From contig CAZSXA010000002.1 in the NCBI GenBank assembly GCA_964611195.1, positions 1-40,913 of the forward strand: 40,913 nt of DNA, given 5' to 3'. Shown here in pieces: positions 28,513 to 37,035 of the stretch. Every line of letters starts with the position of its first letter. Within the stretch, counting starts at the first letter, position 1. A program made the translations under genes and the position numbers. Below the pieces are notes generated by a model. That model saw only the letters and a program-made list of their open reading frames with translations. It had not been told where the DNA came from and made no database searches. Source of the DNA: an uncultured Bauldia sp. (GTDB taxonomy: Bacteria; Pseudomonadota; Alphaproteobacteria; Rhizobiales; Kaistiaceae).

Positions 28513-29808
28513 TCAGCCGTTCCGCTTACCGCGCAGCCTGGCGAACAGGCTGCTGCGCTTGTTTCGAGGCGCTTCCGGCCGGCCCGAAACGGTGTGGGCG
28601 ATCTTGTTGAAGGACTCGGTGATAGCGTTCTTGGGATCGACCTCGGCGATCACCTGGCCGTTGTTGGCCGCGGTTCCGAACAGTTGCGCATCGAAGGGGA
28701 TGATCGCGGCGGGCGCGATGTCGAGCGCCTTGGCGAATTCGTCCGTCTTGATCTCGGGCCGCTTGCTCAAGCCGGCGCGGTTGATGACGAGGTGCGGCAG
28801 CCGATCGTGCTTGCGCAGCTGGCGGAGCAGGTCGAGCAAGTTCTTGGCGTTGCGCAGATTGGCGAGATCGGGCTCCACCGTGAGGACGATCTCGTCGGCC
28901 GCGACGAGCGTTCGCTTCACCCAGCTCGTCCACATGTGCGGCAGGTCGAGAACGACCGTCGGCACACTCGACTGGGCGAGGTCGATGACCGGCTCGATCG
29001 CCGTCTCGCCGAGATCGAAGGTGCGGTCGAGCGTCGCCGGGGCGGCGAGCAGGCTGAGATGATCGGTGCAGCGCGCCAGCAGGCGATCGAGGAAGACGTC
29101 GTCGAGGCGCTCCGGCGAATGGATGGCCTCGGCGATGCCCTGCGTCGGGTCCTGATTGAAGTCGAGCCCGGCCGTGCCGAAGGCGAGGTCGAGATCGGCC
29201 AGCAGCACGTCGGTGCCGAAATTCTGCGCCAGAGCGAAGGCGACGCTGTGACAAACCGTCGACGAGCCGACGCCTCCCTTGCCGCCGATGAACGCGATCG
29301 TCCGACCCAGCGGCTCACTGCCCGGATCGACATAAAGGTCGGAGATCGTGCTGATCAGCTGGACCGAGTCGACCGGCGAGACGATGTATTCGCTGACGCC
29401 GCGCCGGGCGAGTTCGCGGTAGAGGCGCACATCGTTGACGCGGCCGATCACCACCACCTTGCTGCCGGCGTCGCAGACATTGGCGAGCTGCTCAAGCTCG
29501 GTCAGGAGCGCCTCGCCCGAAAGGCTGCTTTCGACGATGATCAGGTTAGGTGTGGGAGCAGCGGTATAAAACTCGGTTGCGGCGGGAATGCCGCCGGAGT
29601 GCAGCTTCACATGGGTGCGCGACATCCGCCGGTCGCCGGACGCCTCCTCGACGGCAGCGGCGACGTCCTGGGTCTCGCTGAAGACCTGGATCGAGATACG
29701 CGGCAGCGGCCGGATCTCGTGCGGCTCGCGAGGCGGCGCCGCCGCCTCCCCAACCTCCGGTTCGTCAGGCTCTATCGGCTGCGCTGGCTCATACGCGACA
29801 TTCGACAT
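28513..29808 (-). CDS. cpaE: Flp pilus assembly protein CpaE/TadZ (receiver-like N-domain plus ParA/MinD-like ATPase)
   Basis: Deviant Walker A GGKGGVGSST. Its position between cpaD and cpaF fits the family. Confidence 0.9.
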   Translation of the reverse strand: MSNVAYEPAQPIEPDEPEVGEAAAPPREPHEIRPLPRISIQVFSETQDVAAAVEEASGDRRMSRTHVKLHSGGIPAATEFYTAAPTPNLIIVESSLSGEALLTELEQLANVCDAGSKVVVIGRVNDVRLYRELARRGVSEYIVSPVDSVQLISTISDLYVDPGSEPLGRTIAFIGGKGGVGSSTVCHSVAFALAQNFGTDVLLADLDLAFGTAGLDFNQDPTQGIAEAIHSPERLDDVFLDRLLARCTDHLSLLAAPATLDRTFDLGETAIEPVIDLAQSSVPTVVLDLPHMWTSWVKRTLVAADEIVLTVEPDLANLRNAKNLLDLLRQLRKHDRLPHLVINRAGLSKRPEIKTDEFAKALDIAPAAIIPFDAQLFGTAANNGQVIAEVDPKNAITESFNKIAHTVSGRPEAPRNKRSSLFARLRGKRNG

Positions 29809-30578
29809 TATTCCTGAACCTCAGCAATGCCGGCGCCACCATCGCCGCCGAAATTCGTCGCCGTCGGATCGCCGTCCTGATAGGCGCCGAGCACGGTGTC
29901 GCGGCGAGCGGCGTTGGGCGGCGGCATGACGCGCGGATAGAGCAGATCGAGCGGGTTCGACACCGTGGCCGCGAGGTTGTTCTGCGTGGCGCAGCCGAAG
30001 GCTTCGTAGTGCTCGTTGCGGAAGTTGCGCGAGACGTTGTCGGTCCACGGTCCGCACGGGCCGGCATTGGCGCTGATGCGGGCGAAGGCCAGCCTGATCG
30101 GCGCATTCGTCTCCGACGCGCTCGACGGATAGGAGCGGTACTGGATCGAGGCGAGCGGCACACCGGCGTCGAGGAAGACCTGCTCGATCTGAACGGCAAC
30201 GGCGCCGATCGCATAGGAGTTGCCGGACCCTGACGGCATCACGATCGCCAGGATGCTGGAACCGCTTTGCATGAACTCGCGGGCGAAACCGGCAATGTTG
30301 TCGTTCATTCCGCGCGGAAGGTATCGGGTCTCCATTCCGACCGGAATGTCCAATGTCGCCAGCGTCTCCTCGATGGTTATCGGGTGGTTAACCCGGTAGT
30401 CGTCGGGAACCGCGGCGACCGTCTCGGCGCGGTTGGTGGAGGCGCAGGCGGCGACGCCGACGCTCAGCAGCGCCACGAGCGCCACCTGCGGCAGCCGGCT
30501 GGTGCGGGGTTGCCTGCGCCCGGCAGAGGCTGCGATCACAGTCATCGGTTCAACTCCAGTCCCATTGCCGCGCCTCAT
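29808..30578 (-). CDS. cpaD: pilus assembly lipoprotein CpaD
   Basis: Lipobox SVGVAACAS and DYRVNHPI, typical of the CpaD family. ATGA overlap with the cpaC stop. Alternative start at 30545. Confidence 0.8.
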   Translation of the reverse strand: MRRGNGTGVEPMTVIAASAGRRQPRTSRLPQVALVALLSVGVAACASTNRAETVAAVPDDYRVNHPITIEETLATLDIPVGMETRYLPRGMNDNIAGFAREFMQSGSSILAIVMPSGSGNSYAIGAVAVQIEQVFLDAGVPLASIQYRSYPSSASETNAPIRLAFARISANAGPCGPWTDNVSRNFRNEHYEAFGCATQNNLAATVSNPLDLLYPRVMPPPNAARRDTVLGAYQDGDPTATNFGGDGGAGIAEVQE

Positions 30579-32179
30579 TTGATGATGAAGCCGGGATTGC
30601 CGTGGTAGCCGGCGTTCGGGTCGCCCCCGCCGCCCTGGTCGCCGTAGCGAAGGTTGAGCTGGCCGAAGAGGTTGGCCCGCACGTCGCCCGCCGGGGCGTA
30701 GCCGTCCGTCGGCAGTGCCAGTTCGGAGCGCGCCACCGGATCGACGAGATAGGGAGTGACGATGATGACGAGTTCGGTCTCGTTGCGCTGGAAGTCGCGG
30801 CTGCCGAACAGCGCGCCGAGCACCGGCACCTGACGGATGCCTGGAAGACCGCTCGTCACCTCGTGGATCTGATCCTGCAGAAGCCCGCTCATCACGAGCG
30901 CGCCGCCTGACGGCATTTCAAGCGTGGTCTCGGCGCGCCGGACGTTGAGACCCGGCAGCGTCACATCGCCGATGGCGAGCGCGCCTTCGCCCGACAGATC
31001 GGAAACCTCTGTCGAGACATGGAGGCTGATGCGGCCCTCCGAGAGGACGACGGGCGAGAATTCCAGGCTGACGCCGAACTGCTTGTACTCGACTATGACG
31101 TTGCCGTTGGCGTCTGCGCGGACCGGCACCGGGAACTCGCCGCCGGCGAGGAAGGACGCCGATTCGCCGGAGATCGCCGTCAGCGTCGGTTCGGCGAGAG
31201 TGTGCATGAGGCCGGTCTGTTCCATCGCCTCCAGCGTCAGGCCGATCGCGTTGCGCGCGTTCAGCATCTCGCCGGCTGCCCCGCCGTAGTCGGGGACGGT
31301 GATGTTCTGGACGTATTCTCCGGTGAGGTTGCGGTTCGGCGCGAACAGGTTGGCGGGGAAGATCGACTGGGTCATGGCCGAGAACACCATGCCGCCGCCG
31401 AGCTGGAAGTTCTCGAGGTTCCAGTCGATGCCGAGCTGCTTCACCGTGTTGCGGGAGATCTCGGCGACCGTGACCTTGAGGAAGACCTGATCCTCGCCCT
31501 CGATGGTGAGGAGGTTGACGACACGGCTCTGCCGCCCCTCGCCGCTCGGATCGCCGAGAGAAATGTTGATGCCTCCGGCATCCACCGTTTCGGCACCAGG
31601 CTGACCAGCATCCGGCTGGCCGGCCGCGCCGACATTGGCGAAGATGTTCGCGATCTCGGACGCACGCCGCGCATCCCCGGCATTCTGGACCGTGCCGGAA
31701 AGAATGATGTTGTCGTTGATCATCTCGGCGACAATGCTCGATCCGGGAATCAGCCGCCCGAGGGTTTCCTCAAGGCCGGAAATGTCGCGCTCGACCTGAA
31801 GATCGAGGCTGACGATCGTGTTGCCGAACTCGTCGAAGACGAAGAGATTCGTCTGCCCGACGGCGACGCCGGTGAGATAGATGCGCCGCGATGTCCGGAC
31901 GACGACGTCGGCGATATCGGGATTCGACACGAGAACATCGCGGGCGTCGGCCGGCAGATCGATGATGAGCGATTTGTTGAGCGGCAGCGTGCACATGCGG
32001 TGCCCGCCTATGCCGCTTGCCTCGCATCGCGCGACGTTGCCGGCACCGGGAACCACATCGCCCGGCGAAGCCTGCGCCGGGATGGCCGCAGCGATGGCCG
32101 TGCTGGCGACCAGCGCAGCGCGAAGCGGGAATGCTGACATCTTGAACCGGGGCTCCGTGAAATCGGTGGCAGCGGTCAT
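30575..32179 (-). CDS. cpaC: Flp pilus secretin CpaC/RcpA
   Basis: Pilus N-terminal domain (VSNPDIADVVV..GVAVGQTNLFVF) and a C-terminal secretin domain (VPVLGALFGSRDFQRNETELVIIVTPYLV). Alternative start at 32140 (MSAFPLRAALVAS). Confidence 0.9.
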   Translation of the reverse strand: MTAATDFTEPRFKMSAFPLRAALVASTAIAAAIPAQASPGDVVPGAGNVARCEASGIGGHRMCTLPLNKSLIIDLPADARDVLVSNPDIADVVVRTSRRIYLTGVAVGQTNLFVFDEFGNTIVSLDLQVERDISGLEETLGRLIPGSSIVAEMINDNIILSGTVQNAGDARRASEIANIFANVGAAGQPDAGQPGAETVDAGGINISLGDPSGEGRQSRVVNLLTIEGEDQVFLKVTVAEISRNTVKQLGIDWNLENFQLGGGMVFSAMTQSIFPANLFAPNRNLTGEYVQNITVPDYGGAAGEMLNARNAIGLTLEAMEQTGLMHTLAEPTLTAISGESASFLAGGEFPVPVRADANGNVIVEYKQFGVSLEFSPVVLSEGRISLHVSTEVSDLSGEGALAIGDVTLPGLNVRRAETTLEMPSGGALVMSGLLQDQIHEVTSGLPGIRQVPVLGALFGSRDFQRNETELVIIVTPYLVDPVARSELALPTDGYAPAGDVRANLFGQLNLRYGDQGGGGDPNAGYHGNPGFIIK

Positions 32180-33012
32180 CGGGCTGGATCCACTTGGACA
32201 GGGACGCCGTTGCGAACCACCGTTACCCCGACATTGCGGGTATCCCCGCTGATGAGGTGGACGGCGTCGGGGCGATCCTCGACGTCGGCGTCGGCAAGGC
32301 TGCGCAACGACAGGGTGAGACGGTCCGCGATTCCCTGCGCGACGGTGAGGATTTCGGCCTGCTGCGGCGTGAGCTCGAGCGTGGCTGTGCGACCGATGAC
32401 CACCGCCTCGCCGTTCTGCTCGGCAATCGACTGGTCGATCGCCAGCACGCGGATATTGGAGAGGATCGTCTCGGTGACGTAGCGCTCCTCGCCGTCGGCG
32501 AAGTCTTCCACCTGGCGGGTCATGATCACGTCGACGCGGTCGTCGGGCAGGATGAAACCGCCGGCGCTGGTGTCGGCCGTGATCTCAAGGGCGATGGCAC
32601 GCTTGCCGGGGGGCAGCATGGCGGAGAGCAGACCGCCGTCCCCGAAGGTCAGCTTGCCCTGGGTGATCGGCTCGCCGGCGAAGAAGGTACCGCGGGCGAC
32701 GGCGCCCTCGATCTCCTCGATGGCGGTGGGGAAGTCTTCGCGAACAATGTAGTTGCCGGCGACGCCGCTGCTCGGCCACGGACGCCAGCTCAACGAGTCG
32801 GCGTTGATGGTGTTGCCGAGCGGAATGTCGCGAAGCGCGACCAGCACTTCGTCGGTTTCGATCTGCGGGGCAGCCGCGTTGGCGGCAACCAGTTCGGGCG
32901 CCTGTGCGGGAGTGGGTTCCGGCTCCTCGTTGAGGATGTTCAGCGCCAGATAGGCGGCCGCGCCTCCTGCCAGGAGCGCGATGATCAGAACCAGGATGCG
33001 CGCGAGATTCAT
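32176..33012 (-). CDS. cpaB: Flp pilus assembly protein CpaB/RcpC
   Basis: N-terminal TM segment MNLARILVLIIALLAGGAAAYLAL, followed by SAF-like and RcpC regions. Confidence 0.9.
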   Translation of the reverse strand: MNLARILVLIIALLAGGAAAYLALNILNEEPEPTPAQAPELVAANAAAPQIETDEVLVALRDIPLGNTINADSLSWRPWPSSGVAGNYIVREDFPTAIEEIEGAVARGTFFAGEPITQGKLTFGDGGLLSAMLPPGKRAIALEITADTSAGGFILPDDRVDVIMTRQVEDFADGEERYVTETILSNIRVLAIDQSIAEQNGEAVVIGRTATLELTPQQAEILTVAQGIADRLTLSLRSLADADVEDRPDAVHLISGDTRNVGVTVVRNGVPVQVDPAR

Positions 33013-33132
33013 GTGCGACCTTCCTCACCACGGACAAATCAGTCCGGCGGTGGAGCAATGTCGCCCGGCAATGGTGTACTTATGGTTAACTAGCCGTGAG
33101 CAATCGTAATTAACGATCGGTAACGCCCGGCC

Positions 33133-33645
33133 CTAGCCGCCGATCAGCGCCATCCAGGCGGTCTGCGGGTAGACGATGAGCGCGCCTGCCGCCAACGCCA
33201 CGCCATAGGGAACACCCGCCTCGGAATCATGCAGGCGCGTGATCCATTCCTGGCGCACCGCAAAGGCGGGAAGCAGGCGGCGACGAGCGATCAGCAGAAC
33301 CAGCGTCAGCCCACCGCCGACGAGCGAAGTCCACACCAGGAACTCCAGCGTGTGCGGCAGCCCGATCCACATCGCAGCGGCCGCGGCGATCTTGGCGTCA
33401 CCGCCGCCAATCCAGCCGAAGCCGAACATGACGAAGCCGGCGAGCAGCACCACGCCGCCGGCCGCGAGATGGAGTCCGAAGGTCTCGAGATCCATGCCCG
33501 GCAGGAACGGCGCGGCGGCCAGGAAGGCACCCGCGACGATGAGCACGACCCGGTTCGGGATCGTCATGGTGATGAGATCGCTGGCGCCGGCATAGGCCAT
33601 GCCCAGCGGAAAGATCGCGAAGATGAGGTAGTCGATGATTGTCAT
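33133..33645 (-). CDS. cpaA: prepilin peptidase CpaA/TadV (A24 family)
   Basis: Polytopic protein with both catalytic Asp contexts: GASDLITMTIPN and GGGDAKI. Confidence 0.9.
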   Translation of the reverse strand: MTIIDYLIFAIFPLGMAYAGASDLITMTIPNRVVLIVAGAFLAAAPFLPGMDLETFGLHLAAGGVVLLAGFVMFGFGWIGGGDAKIAAAAAMWIGLPHTLEFLVWTSLVGGGLTLVLLIARRRLLPAFAVRQEWITRLHDSEAGVPYGVALAAGALIVYPQTAWMALIGG

Positions 33646-33792
33646 GGTCGGTGCCCCGGAATCCCTGCCCGATCGGCGGCGGTGTGATCGCTTCCTGCTA
33701 GCGCGCCTGTGCTGAACAAACGGTCAAGAGGCGCGGCGAAAGCGCGAGGGCCACCCCGACGACATGGTCGAGATGGCCCCCGGGTTCTTCCT

Positions 33793-33809
33793 GCGGGGGC
33801 CTGCCCCGC
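33793..33809 (-). terminator. short GC hairpin 8 nt after the pilin stop (possible attenuator, no U tract)
   Basis: Reverse strand: GCGGGG, loop CAGGC, then CCCCGC. Confidence 0.3.
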
Positions 33810-33816
33810 AAACGAC

Positions 33817-33981
33817 TTAGAAGTTGTCGTCGGCGATGCCCTGGAAGGTGTCGTCCAGCGCGCCGCCCAGCGCGGTAGCGCCGGCGATGATCGCGACACC
33901 GATGAGCGTGGCGATGAGGCCGTACTCGATGGCGGTGGCACCCGACTCGTCATTGGCGAAGCGAGAAACGAGGTTCTTCAT
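33817..33981 (-). CDS. Flp family type IVb pilin
   Basis: ATG at 33981 with AGGAG upstream. MKNLVSRFANDESG/ATAIEYGLIATLIGVAIIAG carries the Flp motif, with the processing Gly before ATAIEYGLIA. Confidence 0.9.
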   Translation of the reverse strand: MKNLVSRFANDESGATAIEYGLIATLIGVAIIAGATALGGALDDTFQGIADDNF

Positions 33982-34392
33982 GGTTGGCTCCTGGTCCACG
34001 TGTTTGAACAACTCCGGCCGGGTCGCTTTTCTTGATGCGTGCGCCCTCGACCTTTCGCAATACTATGAGCCAAACGCTGCACATTGGTTAAACGACGCGC
34101 CTGCTTTTCGGAGGTCCATTTTTATATTGTTAACCGTCTTGCACCGCGCCGACTGCCCGCGGTTTCTCATATCCTTCTGTTTTAATTGAGTTTTCGCCTC
34201 GGCGCGAGGGTTACAGCTTTCGTCGATTGCCGGGCTTTCCGGTAAGCTTCTGTTTAGGCTGGCTCTTGTTTCGGGGCGCGCGGGACACGTCAGCGCTCAA
34301 GTCGTTCCGAACGCCCGGGCGCGCTTAAACGTTGATTCACCATTCGCGGCCACAGTGCGGGCGAGTAACGGCCTATGGAGTAAGTGAGTACC

Positions 34393-34869
34393 ATGCGTAC
34401 CAACGGCCACGGTTCGCGCGGACGCCGCGCGATTGTCGCGCTCGCGCTCGCGGCAGGTTTGAGCAGCGGTTTCACCGCCGCCGCCGAAGCACAGCAGACA
34501 ACCTACGTCACTGTCGATCAGGCGTTCGTCATTCAGCTCGACAACCCTGCCACCGCCGTCATCATCGGCAATCCGTCGATCGCCGATGCGACGATCATGG
34601 ATGCGAGCACGCTCGTCATTACCGGGCGGAGCTTCGGGACGACGAACCTCATCGTCCTGGGCGGCGACGGCACGGTGATCCGCGAGGATCTGATCACGGT
34701 GCAGAACACCTCCAACCTCGTGACGGTCTACCGCCGCGACACGCAGCAGAGCTACAGCTGCACGCCTGTCTGCGCACCGACGCTCAATGTCGGCGACGCG
34801 CCGGGCATCTTCGAGCGGACGACCGACCAGATCCAGGCGCGCCAGGCGCTGGCGCTCGGCGGAGGCTAG
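34393..34869 (+). CDS. stand-alone pilus-formation N-terminal domain protein (paralogue of the CpaC N-domain)
   Basis: ATG at 34393 (GTG at 34384 is also possible). Signal peptide ..ALALAAGLSSGFTAAAEA/QQ. VIIGNPSIADATIMDASTLVITGRSFGTTNLIVL aligns by eye with CpaC VLVSNPDIADVVVRTSRRIYLTGVAVGQTNLFVF. C-terminal CTPVC pair. Confidence 0.75.
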   Translation: MRTNGHGSRGRRAIVALALAAGLSSGFTAAAEAQQTTYVTVDQAFVIQLDNPATAVIIGNPSIADATIMDASTLVITGRSFGTTNLIVLGGDGTVIREDLITVQNTSNLVTVYRRDTQQSYSCTPVCAPTLNVGDAPGIFERTTDQIQARQALALGGG

Positions 34870-34966
34870 CCGGATCGGCGCGGTTAACGGGCTCCTAACC
34901 CGACCGCGCGGATTCAGCTAAATCAGTGCAAGGGTTCTTCAATAGCTGTTTGTTAACGCAAGCGGC

Positions 34967-35524
34967 ATGACCCGACCCACAGAGCCAGAGAGCAACCCGA
35001 AACGCACCGGACTTCGCGTCATGGTGCGCCGGTTCCGCCGCGACGGGCGCGGCAGTGCGGTGGAGTTCGGCCTGGTCGCCCTGCCGTTCTTCGCGCTGAT
35101 GATGGCGATCCTGGAGACGTTCCTGCTGTTCTTCGCCAGCCAGACGATCGAGACGGCGACCAATGCCGGCGCCCGACTCGTCCGGACCGGTCAGGCGCAG
35201 GCGGGCAGCTACTCCGAGGCCGAGTTCCGGACCGCCATCTGCGAGGCGATGGGCGGCCTCTTCGGCTGCGCCGACAAGCTGCATATCGATGTCCGCACAT
35301 ACGACTATTTCGACGACGTCGACATGACCGAGCCGATCGACGAGGACGGCAACCTCATCGAGAACTTCATCTACGAACCGGGCGAGGGCGGCGACGTCGT
35401 CGTTGTCCGCACATTCTATGAGTGGCCGATCCACACCAACATTCTCGGCCTCGGACTCGCCAATCTCGGCAATGGCAGACACCTGATCGCGGCAGCCACC
35501 GCGTTCCGCAACGAACCGTTCTGA
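34967..35524 (+). CDS. TadE/TadG-like pseudopilin family protein
   Basis: RRFRRDGRGSAVEFGLVALPFFALMMAILE is the TadE N-terminal motif. The true start may be the ATG at 35021 (MVRRFRRDGRG). Confidence 0.8.
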   Translation: MTRPTEPESNPKRTGLRVMVRRFRRDGRGSAVEFGLVALPFFALMMAILETFLLFFASQTIETATNAGARLVRTGQAQAGSYSEAEFRTAICEAMGGLFGCADKLHIDVRTYDYFDDVDMTEPIDEDGNLIENFIYEPGEGGDVVVVRTFYEWPIHTNILGLGLANLGNGRHLIAAATAFRNEPF

Positions 35525-35533
35525 GGCGGCGCG

Positions 35534-36094
35534 ATGAGCATCCTCCGCCTCGCAAGAGCACTGCGCAGCCCAAGGTCGGGACGGCGGTTCGTCCGCGACC
35601 GCTCCGGCCTCGCCGCGCTCGAATTCGCGCTCATCCTGCCGATCATGGTGCTCCTTTATCTCGGCGGCTTCGAGGCCTCCGAGGCCTTCATGATCAACCG
35701 CAAGGTGACGCACGCGACCAGCGTCCTCGGCGACCTTGTGGCGCAGGCCGAGGAGATCGACGACGAGCAGATGAGCAACATTCTCGACGCGGTGACGGCG
35801 GTGATGAACCCCTATCCGATCGAGGACATGAACATCGTCGTCTCCGGTGTTCGCATCGACGACGAAGGCGAAGCGACCGTGGTGTGGAGCGATGCGCGAA
35901 ACATGAGCGCCTATCGCGAGGGTTCGAGCTACGACCTGCCGGAGGAAATATCCCGGCCCGACACCTTCATCGTTGCTGCCGAAGTCCGCTACGAGTACAC
36001 GCCGACCTTCGGCCATACCCTGACCGGAACGCTCGACCTCCACGACGAGTTCTATCTAAGGCCGCGCCTCCAGAACGAAGTCGAGCGCGACTAG
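35534..36094 (+). CDS. TadE/TadG-like pseudopilin family protein
   Basis: RFVRDRSGLAALEFALILPIMVLLYLGGFE. It follows the first TadE-like gene after a 9-nt gap. Confidence 0.8.
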   Translation: MSILRLARALRSPRSGRRFVRDRSGLAALEFALILPIMVLLYLGGFEASEAFMINRKVTHATSVLGDLVAQAEEIDDEQMSNILDAVTAVMNPYPIEDMNIVVSGVRIDDEGEATVVWSDARNMSAYREGSSYDLPEEISRPDTFIVAAEVRYEYTPTFGHTLTGTLDLHDEFYLRPRLQNEVERD

Positions 36095-37035
36095 CGCGGC
36101 AGTTCCAGGTCGGGGTCGGTGAGCAGCATCAGCGGCTCGTAGTCGCCCGCATCGACATCCGCAAACCCGCCGCCAAGATTGGCATCGATGGCGACGAGAG
36201 CATCGGGATCGGCTTCAGCCAGGGCCAGCATCGCCGCAGCGAGCTCGGACTTCAGATCATCGGGCAGATTGTCGAGGACCGTCAACGGCCCATGCGGGAT
36301 CATCGGCGAGGTCCACGCGACCCGGACCTCGCCGAGCAACAGCCGTCCCGCCGCGGCGAGATCGGCCAGAACGCCGCGATCGGCGGCATCGTCCGACAGT
36401 CCGATCCAGCCGAGGCCAGCCTCGGCACCGCCGGAAACGACCGCCAGCACCGCAGCGGCCTGGCTTCCCCTCTCGACGATCTCGACATCGGCGAAGTCGA
36501 CGCCGGCTTCCACGAACAGCGCCAGCGGCAGCATCCGGCCGGCGAGCGAATCCTCGGCGGAGACGGCAAGCCGCGTACCGGCGAGGTTGGCGGGGTCGGA
36601 CAGCGCGTTTTCCGACGAGACGATCAAGGCGGCGCGATAGCCGGCCTCGCCGCTCGGTGTCGTCTGCGCGACCAAGGGCTCGACGCAGCCGCCGCATGCA
36701 GCGCTGGCACCAGCGAAGGCGGATGCGCTGAGGAAGGTGGCGTGCAGACGGCCGGTGAACTGCTCCGCGATCAGGCTGCCATAGTCGGGCGCCGTGAGGA
36801 CCTCCACCGACACCTCGAGGCTCTCATCGAGATAGGCGCGGAAAGGCTCGACACGCGAGCGGGTGAGCGCCGCGTCGGGGCCGGCAACAATGCCGATCCG
36901 TATAACCGGATAGCTCTCGCGCCATTGCGCCTCCACGGCAGGCGCTGCCGCGACGGCACAGACAGCCGCGACGGCGGCGCGGAGCAGTGTCGGCCGCAAC
37001 TCAGATCGTCTGGTTGTACTCGCCGACACCGTCAT
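36091..37035 (-). CDS. PhnD-like (phosphate/phosphonate ABC-type) periplasmic substrate-binding protein, orphan
   Basis: Signal peptide ..AAVAAVCAVAAAPAVEA/QW. IRIGIVAG..VEPFRAYLDESL..APDYGSLIAEQFTGRLHATF..AGYRAALIV..LAGTRLAV..DSLAGRMLP fits the PhnD fold family. ATG at 37035 overlaps the upstream gene by 35 nt. A TTG at 36999 would remove the overlap. Confidence 0.7.
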   Translation of the reverse strand: MTVSASTTRRSELRPTLLRAAVAAVCAVAAAPAVEAQWRESYPVIRIGIVAGPDAALTRSRVEPFRAYLDESLEVSVEVLTAPDYGSLIAEQFTGRLHATFLSASAFAGASAACGGCVEPLVAQTTPSGEAGYRAALIVSSENALSDPANLAGTRLAVSAEDSLAGRMLPLALFVEAGVDFADVEIVERGSQAAAVLAVVSGGAEAGLGWIGLSDDAADRGVLADLAAAGRLLLGEVRVAWTSPMIPHGPLTVLDNLPDDLKSELAAAMLALAEADPDALVAIDANLGGGFADVDAGDYEPLMLLTDPDLELPR

